Below are positions 21,378 to 31,756 of a DNA stretch of 64,000 nucleotides, one piece after another. Position 1 is the stretch's first letter; each line of letters starts with the position of its first letter. Below the pieces are notes generated by a model. That model was not told the origin of the DNA. It made no database searches and saw nothing but the letters and a program-made list of their open reading frames with translations. Made by a program: the position numbers and the translations under genes. The DNA is from an uncultured delta proteobacterium (GTDB lineage: Bacteria; Desulfobacterota; Binatia; UBA9968), in assembly GCA_963804165.1 (NCBI GenBank), contig CAWDPO010000017.1, positions 192,001 through 256,000 on the forward strand, in the 5' to 3' direction.

Positions 21378-22637
21378 TCATGAGTTGTATCGCCACAGCT
21401 GCGGGATCGCTATGCAGATCGCCCAGAATCATGATGAAGCAGAGCGCGCTGCCGACGAGTAAGCGCGTTCGGCGCGCCCATATACTGTGCGGCTGATTCC
21501 CGCGAGCAAGCGCGCCCAGACCGTTGGTCGTCTGCGCGAAGACGGTGATCAGGCTCGCTGCCCGGCCGAGCATGCCGTCCGGCGCCAGGAGCTGAACCAC
21601 CGTGCGCCGGATTGCGACGCTGATAGAGTCGGCAAATCCCAAAATCAGAACCGCCACGACCGCCATCCAGAACCATTGTGAGATTCCCAATAACGCCAGA
21701 CCGCCGGCGAAGAAAAGCGCCGCCACGATGACGAGCACGCCTTTGCGTTGGACATCGCCGGCCATAAGCAGCGCGGTCGTGCCGAGTAGAGACCCCGCGG
21801 ATGGCGCCGCATAGAGCAGACCGAGCCCGGATGCTCCAGTCTTGAACACATCCGCGGCAAAGATCGGCAGAATCGGCCGGTAGAAACCGACGAGAACGAC
21901 GGCGAAGTCGAGAAGGAAAAGAGAAAGAATTATGCGCTGAATCCAAATGAACTCGATGCCTTCGACGATGCTTTTCAAGTTGACGCGCCGGCGCACGCCT
22001 TCGATTTTTCCCGACGCGCGCACGGACACGATGGCGATGGCCGCGGGCACGAAGAGCAGCGTGCTGGCGAAATAGGCCATGGCCAGACCGCCGTGGTCGA
22101 TCAAGAAGTCCGCCGATGGCGGGCCCGACGAGAAAACTCGTCTGCAGGATCATGGTGTTGACGACCATGGCATTCATCAGCAATCTCTGCGGCACCAGAC
22201 GCGGAATCAGCGCGGCGCGCGCCGGCCAATTGAATACTTCGACAAATGCGCCGAGAAGTCCGAGGGCATAGATATGCCAAACTTGCGTGACGCCCGTCAG
22301 CGCGAGAATGCCCAGACAACAGGTTCGGAATAATCTGCAGCGAGATCGTCGCCACGAGCAGCTTTTTCCGATCGAACGCATCGGCCACTGCGCCGGCGAA
22401 AAGACCGAAAATGATAAACGGCAAGGTTTCGAGAAAACCCGTGAGGCCGAGCTTAAACGCCGAGCCGGAAATGTCATAGACCTGATAGAGCGTGGAGACA
22501 TTGCGGATCTGCCCGGCAAGGGAGCTCAGCACGCTGGCGATCCACAGCAGTCGATAGTCGCGAATCAGCAGCGACGACCAGGGGCGAATGGGCAGTTCCT
22601 GATGCGGGCCGGAATTTATATCAGCGGAGTTAGCCAA
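21378..22637 (-). CDS. MFS transporter (EntS/DHA3-like), frameshifted
   Basis: RDYRLLW, GAVADAFDRKKL, PARAALIPRLVP, QLLAPDGMLGR. Confidence 0.85.
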
Positions 22638-22671
22638 CGAGATGAAAGCGGACGGACCGAGATTGTTCGGA

Positions 22672-23055
22672 CTAGTTATAGCGTGTGAGAAGAGAAAATG
22701 CGATAGGGTGGGCGTCGAGGCGGTAATTCTTCGAAGAGATCATCCGCCTCGCGCCGACTACGGAGTTAGCGGGAAGCTGCTTGGGGCTGTCTTCGAGCAC
22801 GCCGCGCTCGTCGGCTTGCGCGAGCACCGCTTCGATGGTTTGGACGAGTTTGCGCGCGGCTTCGATGCTCAATTCGACGGCCACCCGCGCTCCCGGACCG
22901 GCGGCTTCGTTGACGAAGTCGATATTGAGCGCGTGTTCAAGGGGCATGTCATATGGATGATCGTACGACACGTTGGCTTCGCGCACCTCAAACCAATCCT
23001 GTCCGCTCTTTCCCCGCCCTGCGATCTTTGCTTGATGAGCAATCATCGTGCACAT
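22672..23055 (-). CDS. DUF6295-like protein
   Basis: MCTMI...G.GK...WF....VSYDHP....EHALNIDF.....GPGARVAVELS. Confidence 0.7.
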   Translation of the reverse strand: MCTMIAHQAKIAGRGKSGQDWFEVREANVSYDHPYDMPLEHALNIDFVNEAAGPGARVAVELSIEAARKLVQTIEAVLAQADERGVLEDSPKQLPANSVVGARRMISSKNYRLDAHPIAFSLLTRYN

Positions 23056-23076
23056 GGTTGAGCTCCTTTGAGTCTT

Positions 23077-23834
23077 TTACTTGAGAGTTTTCTCGCAGAA
23101 AGGCGAGCACCTTTTTCCAGCCGTCGACCGCCTGTTCTTGACGATACGCCGGACGATCGTAATAGAAAAAACCGTGGCCTGCGCCGTCGTAGCGGTGGAA
23201 CTCGTAGTTCTTGCCGTGTTTCTTGAGCTCCGCTTCGTGCAGGTTGACTTGTTCCGGCGACGGCGATTTGTCGTCGTTGCCGAATATGCCGATCATCGGG
23301 CAAGGAAGATCTTTCGTATAGTCGATGGGCGCCACCGGCTGCTTGGGCGTAAGCTCTTCCTTCGACTTGAACTACACGACCGCCCCAGCACTCGACCAAC
23401 GCGTCGAAGTTCTTATTCTTGCACGCGGCGAGAAAACCGTGACGGCCGCCGGAGCAAGTGCCGAACACACCGACTTTCCCGCTCACATAGGGCAGCGAAC
23501 GCAGCAGCTTGTTGGCGCCGTCCAGATCGCCGAGCACCTGTTCATCGGGGATGCCGCCGCCGGCACGCACTTTGGCGCCGACGTCTTCCGGCGTGCCGTG
23601 GCCGTCGCGGAAATAGAGATTGGGCGAAATCGCGACATAGCCATGATGGGCGAATCTGCGGGCGCATTCACGATACCATTCGTCCCAGCCCGGGGCGTGG
23701 TGAATGACGACCATTCCCGGAAACGGACCTGAGCCGAGCGGCCGGGCGACATAGGCGTTGATCGTATCGCCTTTGTGTCCTTGCATGGCGATGGTTTCAG
23801 CGATCATGCCTTCGTATTGGTTGGTTTGATACAT
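23077..23834 (-). CDS. dienelactone hydrolase family protein, frameshifted
   Basis: GVFGTCSGG nucleophile elbow, GIFGNDD, YDGAGHGF. Confidence 0.88.
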
Positions 23835-24166
23835 TTTCCTTTCCTCCTTCGCATTGTTCTGGAATGGATTAGCCCTCTTAATACAAAACCTACCGCGGGC
23901 GCAACTGCTTTGCCGGCTGTCGCGCGCTAATAAAAAGGGGGGTTGCGCGGGGCTGGGGAAGTGGGGTAGGCTTTTTCTACTCATCAGTATGGGGCCTTCT
24001 GATAGTGATGAAGAATAACAGTTGAAGGTCTAGGGCGTCTTACCTTGCGATTCGTTGCCACGCGGATAATCCGACCAGAGCGTGTCTCGCTTTTTCCATG
24101 TTCTGCTTCCAGCGGTGATCAGGTTCTCAGGGAAAAGACCATAACGATTCTCATGAAGGAGAGAAG

Positions 24167-24499
24167 ATGAGCAGTAAAATTTACGTGGGTGGATTGCCGT
24201 ATGCGACCACCGATGCGCAACTTCAGGAAATCTTTTCGGCGCACGGGGCGGTAGAGTCAGCGCGAGTGATTACCGACAAGTTCACGGGCCGTTCTCGCGG
24301 CTTTGGCTTTGTCGAAATGGTCAACGCCGATGAGGCGCAGAAAGCGATCCAGGCACTGAACGGCACGGATCTGGACGGGCGTAATCTCACGGTGAACGAA
24401 GCGCGGCCGCAAGAAAGGCGGACCGGCGGTTTCGGCGATCGCGGCGGTGAACGCCGTGGCGGTGGCGGTGGTGGTGGCGGCGGGCGTAATCGCTGGTAG
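24167..24499 (+). CDS. RRM RNA-binding protein with Gly-rich tail
   Basis: KIYVGGL (RNP2), RSRGFGFVEM (RNP1), VNEARP. Confidence 0.95.
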   Translation: MSSKIYVGGLPYATTDAQLQEIFSAHGAVESARVITDKFTGRSRGFGFVEMVNADEAQKAIQALNGTDLDGRNLTVNEARPQERRTGGFGDRGGERRGGGGGGGGGRNRW

Positions 24500-24529
24500 T
24501 TTTTGAATTAATCTACAGTTAATCTAAAG

Positions 24530-24562
24530 AAAGGGGCGCTAGGTCGGGGCGCCCCTTTTTTT
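24530..24562 (+). terminator. intrinsic terminator
   Basis: AAAGGGGCGC...GCGCCCCTTTTTTT. Confidence 0.8.
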
Positions 24563-24612
24563 ATCGGGCGCGAAGAATCGCGTTCACGCATTCCAGTCTT
24601 AAGCTTCGTCGA

Positions 24613-25183
24613 ATGGCTGAAGTAATGCCTCCATGACTTGCCCTTGTTGGATGTGAAGGGCAATCCGCGTCAAGACTCACCGAGCATTTTGAGAAGTACG
24701 TTGCTGCTGATTTTTCTGCGGCACCTCGCTTGACTGCCATGCCAAGCTCATCTCGGCGAGGTGAATACATTCAAGCCCGAATTCGATCGCCGTGGCGTTA
24801 CCGTCGTCGCGGTTTCTTTCGCCGAGCCGGCGAAGCTCGCTCATTATCAAGAACAGCACCGATGGCCGTTCAAACTGCTCGCCGATCCTGAGCGCAATGC
24901 TTATGAGGCGTTCAATTTAAAACGGCTGTCGTGGTTTCGAGTCTTTTCGCCGGCAACCGTTGAGCGCTGTATTTCAAATTACTGCGACGAGGGATGACGC
25001 GAGAGGCTTATGGCGGCGAAGACATCTATCAATCCGGCGGCGATTTTCTACTCGATCGCGAAGGAAATATTCTGTTCGCCCATCGCAGTCAGGATCCGGC
25101 GCGATCGTCCGGCGCCGGGAAGGTTGCTGCAGGAAATAGATCGCGTCATGTCCATGCGGAGCGAATTGCCAATCGCCCGATAG
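24613..25183 (+). CDS. AhpC/TSA (PRXL2/SelL-like) redox selenoprotein, UxxC motif, frameshifted
   Basis: In-frame FLRHLA-TGA-LPCQAH (TGA 24731-24733), continuing into LLADPER.AY.AF.L and QSGGDFLLD. Confidence 0.75.
24748..24764 (+). promoter_or_regulatory. bacterial SECIS-like hairpin
   Basis: UCAUCUC-GGC-GAGGUGA, apical loop starting with G, 21 nt after the UGA. Confidence 0.6.
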
Positions 25184-25235
25184 AATCACGGGACTCGATC
25201 TGGCATTTCAATAAACGCTCGGCAAGGGGTTTCGT

Positions 25236-26797
25236 TTATTTCGTTTTCAAATAAGCCGTTTTTCAGTTGCACTTTTTCATCCGGCGGCGCTGTCCAGACG
25301 AGATCGGCGCGATAAGCGTAAATGTCCATGGCATTCCACAGCGGCACGGCCGGAGCGTCGTCCAAAATTATTTTGTGCGCCTCCCAAAGTAGTTTTTCGC
25401 GCTTTTTGACGTCGAAGGTGAGTTGCTGCGCTTCGAGGATCTCGTCGAGCTTCGGATTGCTGTAGCCCAAGGTTCGCCGGGTCATGCCGGTTCTAAAATA
25501 CTGCTGGAACAGCGTGTCGGCATCGGTGAGGCTGCCCCGGCCGGTCAGGTAAATGGGATATTTGCCGTTCTTGTAGTCGGTGTTGAAGATGCTCCACTCG
25601 GGCGTTTTAAGATTCGCCTTGATGCCGACCTTGGAAAGCTGCTCGACGATAACCTGGGCGACTTCGCGATCTTTTGGGTATCGGCCGGTCGGGCTGTAGT
25701 AATCGATCTCGAATCCATTCGGAAATCCCGCTTCGGTCAGCAGCTGTTTCGCTTTCTCCGGATCATAGGGAAAAGCTTTTGCGCTCGGCTCATAGCCGAA
25801 ACACTTGCGGACTCAAAAGGCCGCTCAACGGATAGGCATTGCCTTCGAGAATGTGCTTGATGATTCTATCGCGGTCGATGGCGTGGGTGATGGCGCGGCG
25901 AACTTTTACATTTTCCAGCGGTTTATAGGCCGGGCTCAGCACGAGGAAAATCGGGCGCAGGCCCTGCACCTGCTGGATGCGTAGTCGTGGATTGGATTTC
26001 AGCCGCGCAACTTCGTGGGGCGGAATGTTGCTGATAATGTCGGCTTGCCCGGCCTCGAGCGCTGCGATGCGCGCGGCGTCCTCCTGAATCGCTTTGTAAA
26101 TGACTTCGTCGATCTTCGGCGCCTGGCCCCAATAACTTTCATTGCGACGGATGACGAACTGGCCGCTGCGTTCCCAACTGGTAAACTTGAAAGGGCCAGT
26201 GCCGATCGGGCGATTGTCGGCTTCGCCCATCTTTTCCGCCGTCGACTGTTTCATGATTACGCGACTGTTGATGTCTTCCAGAGCGTTCGCATCAGCTTTC
26301 TTAAGCGTCAGGAGGACCGTGTGATCGTCGGGCGCGTTCATTTCGCCGATGTTTTGCAGATTGGGCGCCTGAAGACTCTGTTTGTCGGTGAGAATGCGCT
26401 TGAACGAAGCGACCACGTCTCTGCTCGTGAACGGCGTGCCGTCATGAAAACGCACGTCTTTGCGCAGTTTGAACTCAAGCTTTGTGCCTTTCATCTGCCA
26501 GGATTCCGCCAGCACGCCGCGGTAGCCGCGTTTTTCGTAGTCGGCGTCGATCAGCGATTCCATGACCGACCCCCAGGCCGCTTGTAGCGGCGAGGTGTTG
26601 ACCGCATAGGGATTCAAAGAATAAACGCCGACACCATGAGCGATGGTGACGCGGGATCGGGATGAGGACTGCGCCTTGGCCGATCGCGCGAGCGTAAAAG
26701 GAGCGAGAGCAAATAGGGCGCCTGTCGCAGCGGATCTTTTGAGAAACTCCCGCCGACTCGGTTGGCTATGCTTCTTGTTCACTGGAACCTCCTCCAA
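25236..26797 (-). CDS. ABC transporter substrate-binding protein family 5 (DppA/OppA-like), Tat signal, frameshifted
   Basis: SRREFLK, LRKDVRFHDGTPFT, PIGTGPF, VRRAITHAIDR. Confidence 0.9.
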
Positions 26798-26957
26798 ACT
26801 GAAGTGAGCGCCGGACTTTACCCGCGGAGTAAAAAGGGGAATTCAACTGCAAGGCATATAACGCGGCACAGCATGCGCTGTCAATTGATCTTGACAGCGA
26901 GTCTCCCACGGAACTAGATAGTCATGGAGTCGAAACTGGATTTTTGCAGGAGGATGG

Positions 26958-28281
26958 ATGGCGAAGATCATCGACGGTCTGGTTGAATATATGATGGCCT
27001 CCCGGTCGGCGAAACTGCCGCCGGAAGTGGTTCAAAAAGGCAAGAGTCATCTGCTCGATTCGCTCGCCGCTGTGGTTTCGGGTTCGACGTTGAAGCCCGG
27101 CAAGCTCGGATTGCAACACGCGCGCGCGCAAGGAGGCAAGGTAGAATGCAGCGTGCTCGGAACAAATCTAAAGACCACGCCGATCTTCGCGGCATTCGCC
27201 AACGGCATGTCCGGTCATGCCGATGAAACCGATGATTCGAACAGTCAACTCCATCCGGGTTGCGCGATCGTGCCGGCGGCGTTGGCCACGGCCGAGTCGC
27301 GGGATCGCGGCGGTGATGAACTTCTTCGCGCCGTGGTTCTCGGCTACGACATCGGTTTCCGTTTTCACCAGGCGTTTGCGCCGCGATCGACCAGCTTCGG
27401 CGCGACGTTTGGTTGCGCCGCAGCCGCTGGCACACTGGCGGAACTGGACGATCTGCAGCTGCGCTATCTCATTTCCTACGCCGCGCAACAGGCTTCGGGG
27501 TCGCGGGCGTGGGTGGGCGACGACGATCACATCGAAAAAGCCTTCGACTACGCGGCCATGCCAGCGCGCAATGGCGTAACCGCCGCGCTCTTGATCCGAT
27601 CCGGCTTCACGGGCAATCGCGACGTGCTCGAAGGCGATCAAGGTATTGTCAAGACGTACGCGCCGTGCGATCCGGCCATAGATACTGAGCGAGCTTGGTC
27701 AAAGATTCACGATTACCAGTTGCTTGATCAAGAAATATCCCGTGGGTTCGCCGATGATGGAAACGGTCGACGCCACGCTGGCTCTGCTTTCCAAGCAAGC
27801 CATTCAGCCCGAGCAAATCGAAAAAGTGATCGTGCGCATACCCGAGAGCGGCGCACGCACAGTGAACAACCGTCATATGCCCGACGTCAACGTTCAGTAC
27901 ATGGTCGCGGCGATCCTGCTTGAAGGCAAGCTCACGTTCGAAACCGCGCACGACTACGAACGCTTTCAAAATCCGCGGGTATTGGCGTTGAAGGAGAAAG
28001 TGGAGTTGATCGGTGATAAGGAGATGGAAGGCACCGGCCATCGGTTTCAAGGGCTTGTCGAAGTTACCTTGAAAGACGGCCGAACCTTGCGCGAGCACGT
28101 AATCGATTGCCGCGGTCGACCGGAGAACCCGATGAGCCCCGAGGAAGTTGAAAAGAAAGCGGCATGGTTGATGGAACCGATCTTGGGTAAAAAGAATGTC
28201 GATCAGATCATTGATTCAATCCGGCAAATTGAATTTGTGACTAACGTCCGTGATTTGACGAAACTCATGACGATGGCGTGA
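26958..28281 (+). CDS. MmgE/PrpD family protein, frameshifted
   Basis: ANGMSGHADETDD, HPG, KKYPVG, GRPENPM. Confidence 0.9.
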
Positions 28282-28415
28282 CCCATCCACCAATTCCTTC
28301 CCCCATGGGAGACTGTGTCGCAATGCTACAAATCATCTGGATGTCATGCTGAGCGCGAGCGAAGCATCTGTTTTTCCGACACCTTACGAAAAGCAGATTC
28401 TTCGCCTGCGGCTCA

Positions 28416-28621
28416 TCTATGAAAGCTTTGTCAAGGTATCTGTTAGTCACATATTGTTTTTTCTTCTCATGGTTTCGAATACACCAGTACTTATCGTCCG
28501 TGGCAAAGCGTACCCGATGTTATCGGACTCATCTATTCGCCGTCTAAAGCGGCAGAGAAAAATGCCACAGGGCTGTCGCAATCAGAATTCGGGTCTCAGT
28601 GGACCCATGAGCCGCGCGCGC
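28416..28621 (-). ncRNA. predicted bridge/seek RNA in the 3' non-coding end of the IS (exact ends unknown)
   Basis: RNA reads GCGGCUCA-U-GGGUC(CACUGA)GACCC-GA-AUUCUGA, matching both halves of the target; a second domain closed by GUGGCA/UGCCAC contains AUAGAUGA, matching the circle junction. Confidence 0.75.
28429..28434 (-). promoter_or_regulatory. -35 box of the circle-junction promoter
   Basis: TTGACA near the IS end; in the predicted circle it lies 17 bp upstream of TAATAT, ahead of the transposase RBS. Confidence 0.6.
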
Positions 28622-29662
28622 TTAGCCCTGCGTGGACGACATCGGTTCGCGATAGCTTTCTCCTTTTTTCAACATCCAGAAACTCGCCTCCGCCAAGTGT
28701 CGGGCCACGGCCACAATCGCTTTGCCGTGCCCCCGTCTGGCTTTGACATTTTCATACAGCCGGGCAACGTGTCGGTACTGGCAGCGCTCGCGGTTGAGCA
28801 CCGCGCTATTGGCCGCTTCGGTAAAGGCCCACTTCAGATAAAGATTCACATCCTTTCTCACCCGCCCGTAGCGCACCTTGCCGCCACTGGAGTTCTCCCG
28901 GGGTACCAGCCCCGCGTAACTCGCCAGCTGCTCGGCTCGGCCAAAGCGCTCGATCGTACCGATCTCAGTCCAGATCACCACCGCCAACATCTCACCCACT
29001 CCTGGCTCGCTCTGCAAATAAGTCGTCTCGGCACAGGGAGCAAAGGCTTGGCGCATTTGGCCTTCAATGGTCTTGAGATTGGCCTGCACATGGTCGAGCT
29101 CGTCGAGCATCAATCGCAGCGCTTGTTGGGTGTGCGGTGGCAGCTTGGAGCAAAGCTCTTCGATGATCTGTCGGCCCCGCTTGCCAAAGGCGTCGCTGAC
29201 GCCGTCGACCTTGAGCCCGTACTTCTCCAGAGTGGCGTGAATACGGTTCTTGAACTGGGTTCTCTGCTTGCTGAGCACCATGCGGGTGCGCGGCAGCTCG
29301 CGGGCATCACGAACCGCAGACGGCGCAATCCACACCGTCGGCAGGGTTCCGACTCTCTGCAAACGATTCATTCCCTTCGCATCGAGCTTGTCGCTCTTGT
29401 TCACGCTGCCGATCATCAGCTTGGCCAGTCGTGCGTTGACCAGTTGCGGCGATCCTTTCCCCGCCTCGATCTCATCGACTACCCAGTACCAGTTGCCCAC
29501 GGTCTCAACCGCCACCGGGGTTCCCGGACTCCACTTGTTGGTGAAGTTCTTAATCGTTCCTCGACTATGCGCCAGTTTACACTCAAAGAGCTTCTGGCCT
29601 TGGTCATTTTCTACCCGCGCCCAGGTGTAATGCTTATGAACATCCAATGCGACGTATTCCAT
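28622..29662 (-). CDS. IS110-family DEDD recombinase/transposase
   Basis: ALDVHK, VAVE, KSDKLDA, PGVG, YAGLVP..SSGG, AIVAVARHL; GGAGGAGG RBS; intact ORF. Confidence 0.95.
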   Translation of the reverse strand: MEYVALDVHKHYTWARVENDQGQKLFECKLAHSRGTIKNFTNKWSPGTPVAVETVGNWYWVVDEIEAGKGSPQLVNARLAKLMIGSVNKSDKLDAKGMNRLQRVGTLPTVWIAPSAVRDARELPRTRMVLSKQRTQFKNRIHATLEKYGLKVDGVSDAFGKRGRQIIEELCSKLPPHTQQALRLMLDELDHVQANLKTIEGQMRQAFAPCAETTYLQSEPGVGEMLAVVIWTEIGTIERFGRAEQLASYAGLVPRENSSGGKVRYGRVRKDVNLYLKWAFTEAANSAVLNRERCQYRHVARLYENVKARRGHGKAIVAVARHLAEASFWMLKKGESYREPMSSTQG

Positions 29663-29851
29663 TTGCGATTTCCTCCTCCAGCCGTCAGTCTATCTACCGA
29701 CGCTGCGGATTTCATCGCTTTCATATTAATCAGAATGACATTGCAAAACAGTCTCTAGACGAGGAAGGCAACGGTGGGGATGCAAGAAAAAATATTGAGG
29801 CTTTATTTAATGAGGATTTCGATGTCGATAAATAGATCAAGGAGGCCAGGC

Positions 29852-30157
29852 ATGAACATTAGATGTTTAAGTTTAAGTGTCGTTATTCTGGTTCTTTCGA
29901 GCTGTCACCTTGCGGAAGACTTTGCCGCAGACGATCATCGCCCCCGAGAGCGCGGGCGTAGTGCGTGCGTGGACCAGGCGCACGAGCAAGGTTATCGCAA
30001 AGTGGAGGTCCAATCCGTGCAATCCGTTGGCCCGGATCGCGGCCCGGGCATTTGGGAAGTTGCCATGCGTGGTATGGCCTCAACGGGGCGGGAGGTTAAA
30101 CTATCTTGCCAATACGATGCGCGGAGTCGTCGAGCGGCTGTGGGCCGTGTTGACTAG
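29852..30157 (+). CDS. small lipoprotein, hypothetical
   Basis: AAGGAGG RBS, lipobox LSSC, two further Cys. Confidence 0.65.
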   Translation: MNIRCLSLSVVILVLSSCHLAEDFAADDHRPRERGRSACVDQAHEQGYRKVEVQSVQSVGPDRGPGIWEVAMRGMASTGREVKLSCQYDARSRRAAVGRVD

Positions 30158-30213
30158 CAAGCTTCAAGCAGACAATTTGTTTCTGTAAGAGATGATTAGC
30201 ATACGAGGAATAC

Positions 30214-30393
30214 GTGGCCAAACCAAGAATCACAATCGCGCTTTCGCACTATGACCGGCACGTGCCGTTCTTCGATGGGACGGTGCAGCCGGAAGGCATC
30301 GATCTCAACGTTTTGATCGTCGGTCAATCCGACCGGCCCGTCGAATCGGTGACGAGCGCTCGAGAGCTAACCAAGTTATTGGTAGTAGCCTGA
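30214..30393 (+). pseudogene. chimeric remnant: 5' end of the 30720 gene fused to an MmgE/PrpD-like C-terminus
   Basis: MAKPRITIALSHYDRHVPFFDGTVQPEGIDLNVLIVGQSDR joined in frame to PVESVTSARELTKLLVVA*. Confidence 0.75.
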
Positions 30394-30470
30394 CGCAAAT
30401 TGATTGTTGCAGAAATCTCAGAGTACGGGTATGTGCTCAATAATTAAAAATCAGCAGGAGGTGTGTAGGT

Positions 30471-30647
30471 ATGTCAAAATTAAACTTGCTAGTTGCCGTC
30501 GCGCTTTTGGGATTGACTCTTTCAGCGTGCGAAAAAGAGGGTCCCGCAGAGAAAACCGGTAAAGAAATCGACAAAACTGTAAAAGACGTGGGTCAATCGA
30601 TGGAGAAAGCGGCGGATTCCGTCAAGGAAGCGACCAAGTCGAAGTAA
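30471..30647 (+). CDS. small lipoprotein (CEKEGPAEKxG type)
   Basis: 58 aa MSKLNLLVAVALLGLTLSAC-EKEGPAEKTGKEID...; AGGAGG RBS; below the ORF-track cutoff. Confidence 0.75.
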   Translation: MSKLNLLVAVALLGLTLSACEKEGPAEKTGKEIDKTVKDVGQSMEKAADSVKEATKSK

Positions 30648-30719
30648 GACCATCTTAAAACTCCCGCCCTCAGGTCGATTTTAAAGGTTTGCCGGCAAAC
30701 CAAACCATCCGAGGAACAC

Positions 30720-31688
30720 TTGGCAAAACCAAAACTGACTATTGCAATTTCACACTACGACCGGCACGTGCCGTTCTTCGATGGAACCGTGCAGCCGGAA
30801 GGCATCGATCTCAACGTTTTAATCGTCGGTCAATCCGACCGGCAACGCGACGGGGAAGAACGCCACGAGCGCATGCTGCAAAAAGGGGAGTTTGACGTGG
30901 CCGAGCTTTCGCTGTCGTCATATTTGATGGCCAAGAGCCGCGGCATGCCCTTCACGGCCATCCCGGTGTTTCCCCGCCGGCTGTTCAGCCATTCGCAAAT
31001 GTGGATCAACGTCGACGCCGGCATTAACGAGCCGAAAGACTTGATCGGCAAGAAGGTCGGTCTGCACAGTTTTCAAAATACGTTGGCAACGCTTGCCAAG
31101 GGCGATTTACAAAGTGAGTTCGACGTGCCGTGGCGGAAGATTCATTGGCTGCTGAACAAAAAAGACAACATCGAATTCGAACCGGAAAAGGGCGTGAAAA
31201 TCGAGCAGCTAGCTGGGAGCGCCAATGCAGGCAATATGTTGGAGAAGGGCGAGATCAGCGCGATGATGACGCCGAATCCACCGAAACCGTATCTACGAGG
31301 TTCGAAAAAAATCCGCCGACTATTCGCCGATCCGAAAGCGGAAGACCTGCGCTATTACAAGAAAAACGGATTCTTCCCGATCATGCACGTCGTCGCGTTC
31401 AAAGACGACGTGCTGAAGAAATGTCCCGAAGCCGCGCAAAGCCTGTTCAACGCTTTCACCGAAGCGAAAAGAATCTGCCGCGAGTTCTACGCCGATCCGA
31501 ACTGGTCGTGGCTCGCCTGGGGCCGACAGGCTTTCGAGGAAGAAGAACGACTTTTAGGTTCCGATCCTTGGCCGTACGGCGTGGAAAAGAATCGCGCGAA
31601 CCTGGAGCGCTTCGTTGGTTACTCGCTCGATCAGGGATTGATGACGAAGAAAATGGCGGTGGGGGAGTTGTTTTTGGGGCTGAATTGA
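30720..31688 (+). CDS. 4,5-dihydroxyphthalate decarboxylase-like / SBP-fold protein
   Basis: YDR..P..DG.V..EGIDL, FDVAELSLSSY, IPVFPRRLF, FPIMHVV, DPWPYG. Confidence 0.8.
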   Translation: MAKPKLTIAISHYDRHVPFFDGTVQPEGIDLNVLIVGQSDRQRDGEERHERMLQKGEFDVAELSLSSYLMAKSRGMPFTAIPVFPRRLFSHSQMWINVDAGINEPKDLIGKKVGLHSFQNTLATLAKGDLQSEFDVPWRKIHWLLNKKDNIEFEPEKGVKIEQLAGSANAGNMLEKGEISAMMTPNPPKPYLRGSKKIRRLFADPKAEDLRYYKKNGFFPIMHVVAFKDDVLKKCPEAAQSLFNAFTEAKRICREFYADPNWSWLAWGRQAFEEEERLLGSDPWPYGVEKNRANLERFVGYSLDQGLMTKKMAVGELFLGLN

Positions 31689-31756
31689 CGAGAGCGTTAC
31701 GGTTTGCGCTAAGTTGGCGGCTCGTTCGAACCGCCCACTTCGGTGAATTCTCGGCT

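Larger units (their letters stand above)
28416..29732 (-). mobile_element. IS110-family (IS1111 group) element inserted in a REP
   Basis: Sub-terminal IRs TATGAAAGC (28418) / GCTTTCATA (29717); TCA core at both junctions; removing the element restores GCGGCTCAGAATGACA. Confidence 0.88.
28281..29782. repeat. nested REP-like elements interrupted by IS110
   Basis: Outer CCTTCCCC / GAGGAAGG..GGTGGGG palindrome; inner 17-bp IRs GAGACTGTGTCGCAATG (28309) / CATTGCAAAACAGTCTC (29739); core TGTCATGCTGAGCG...GCTCA|GAATGACA. Confidence 0.75.

Noticed and set aside
23985-24166. Long leader of the RRM gene as a cold-shock thermosensor
   Set aside because: Plausible by analogy, but no diagnostic structure can be identified from the sequence alone
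28346-29758. 470 aa plus-strand ORF
   Set aside because: Antisense shadow of the IS110 transposase with no recognisable motifs
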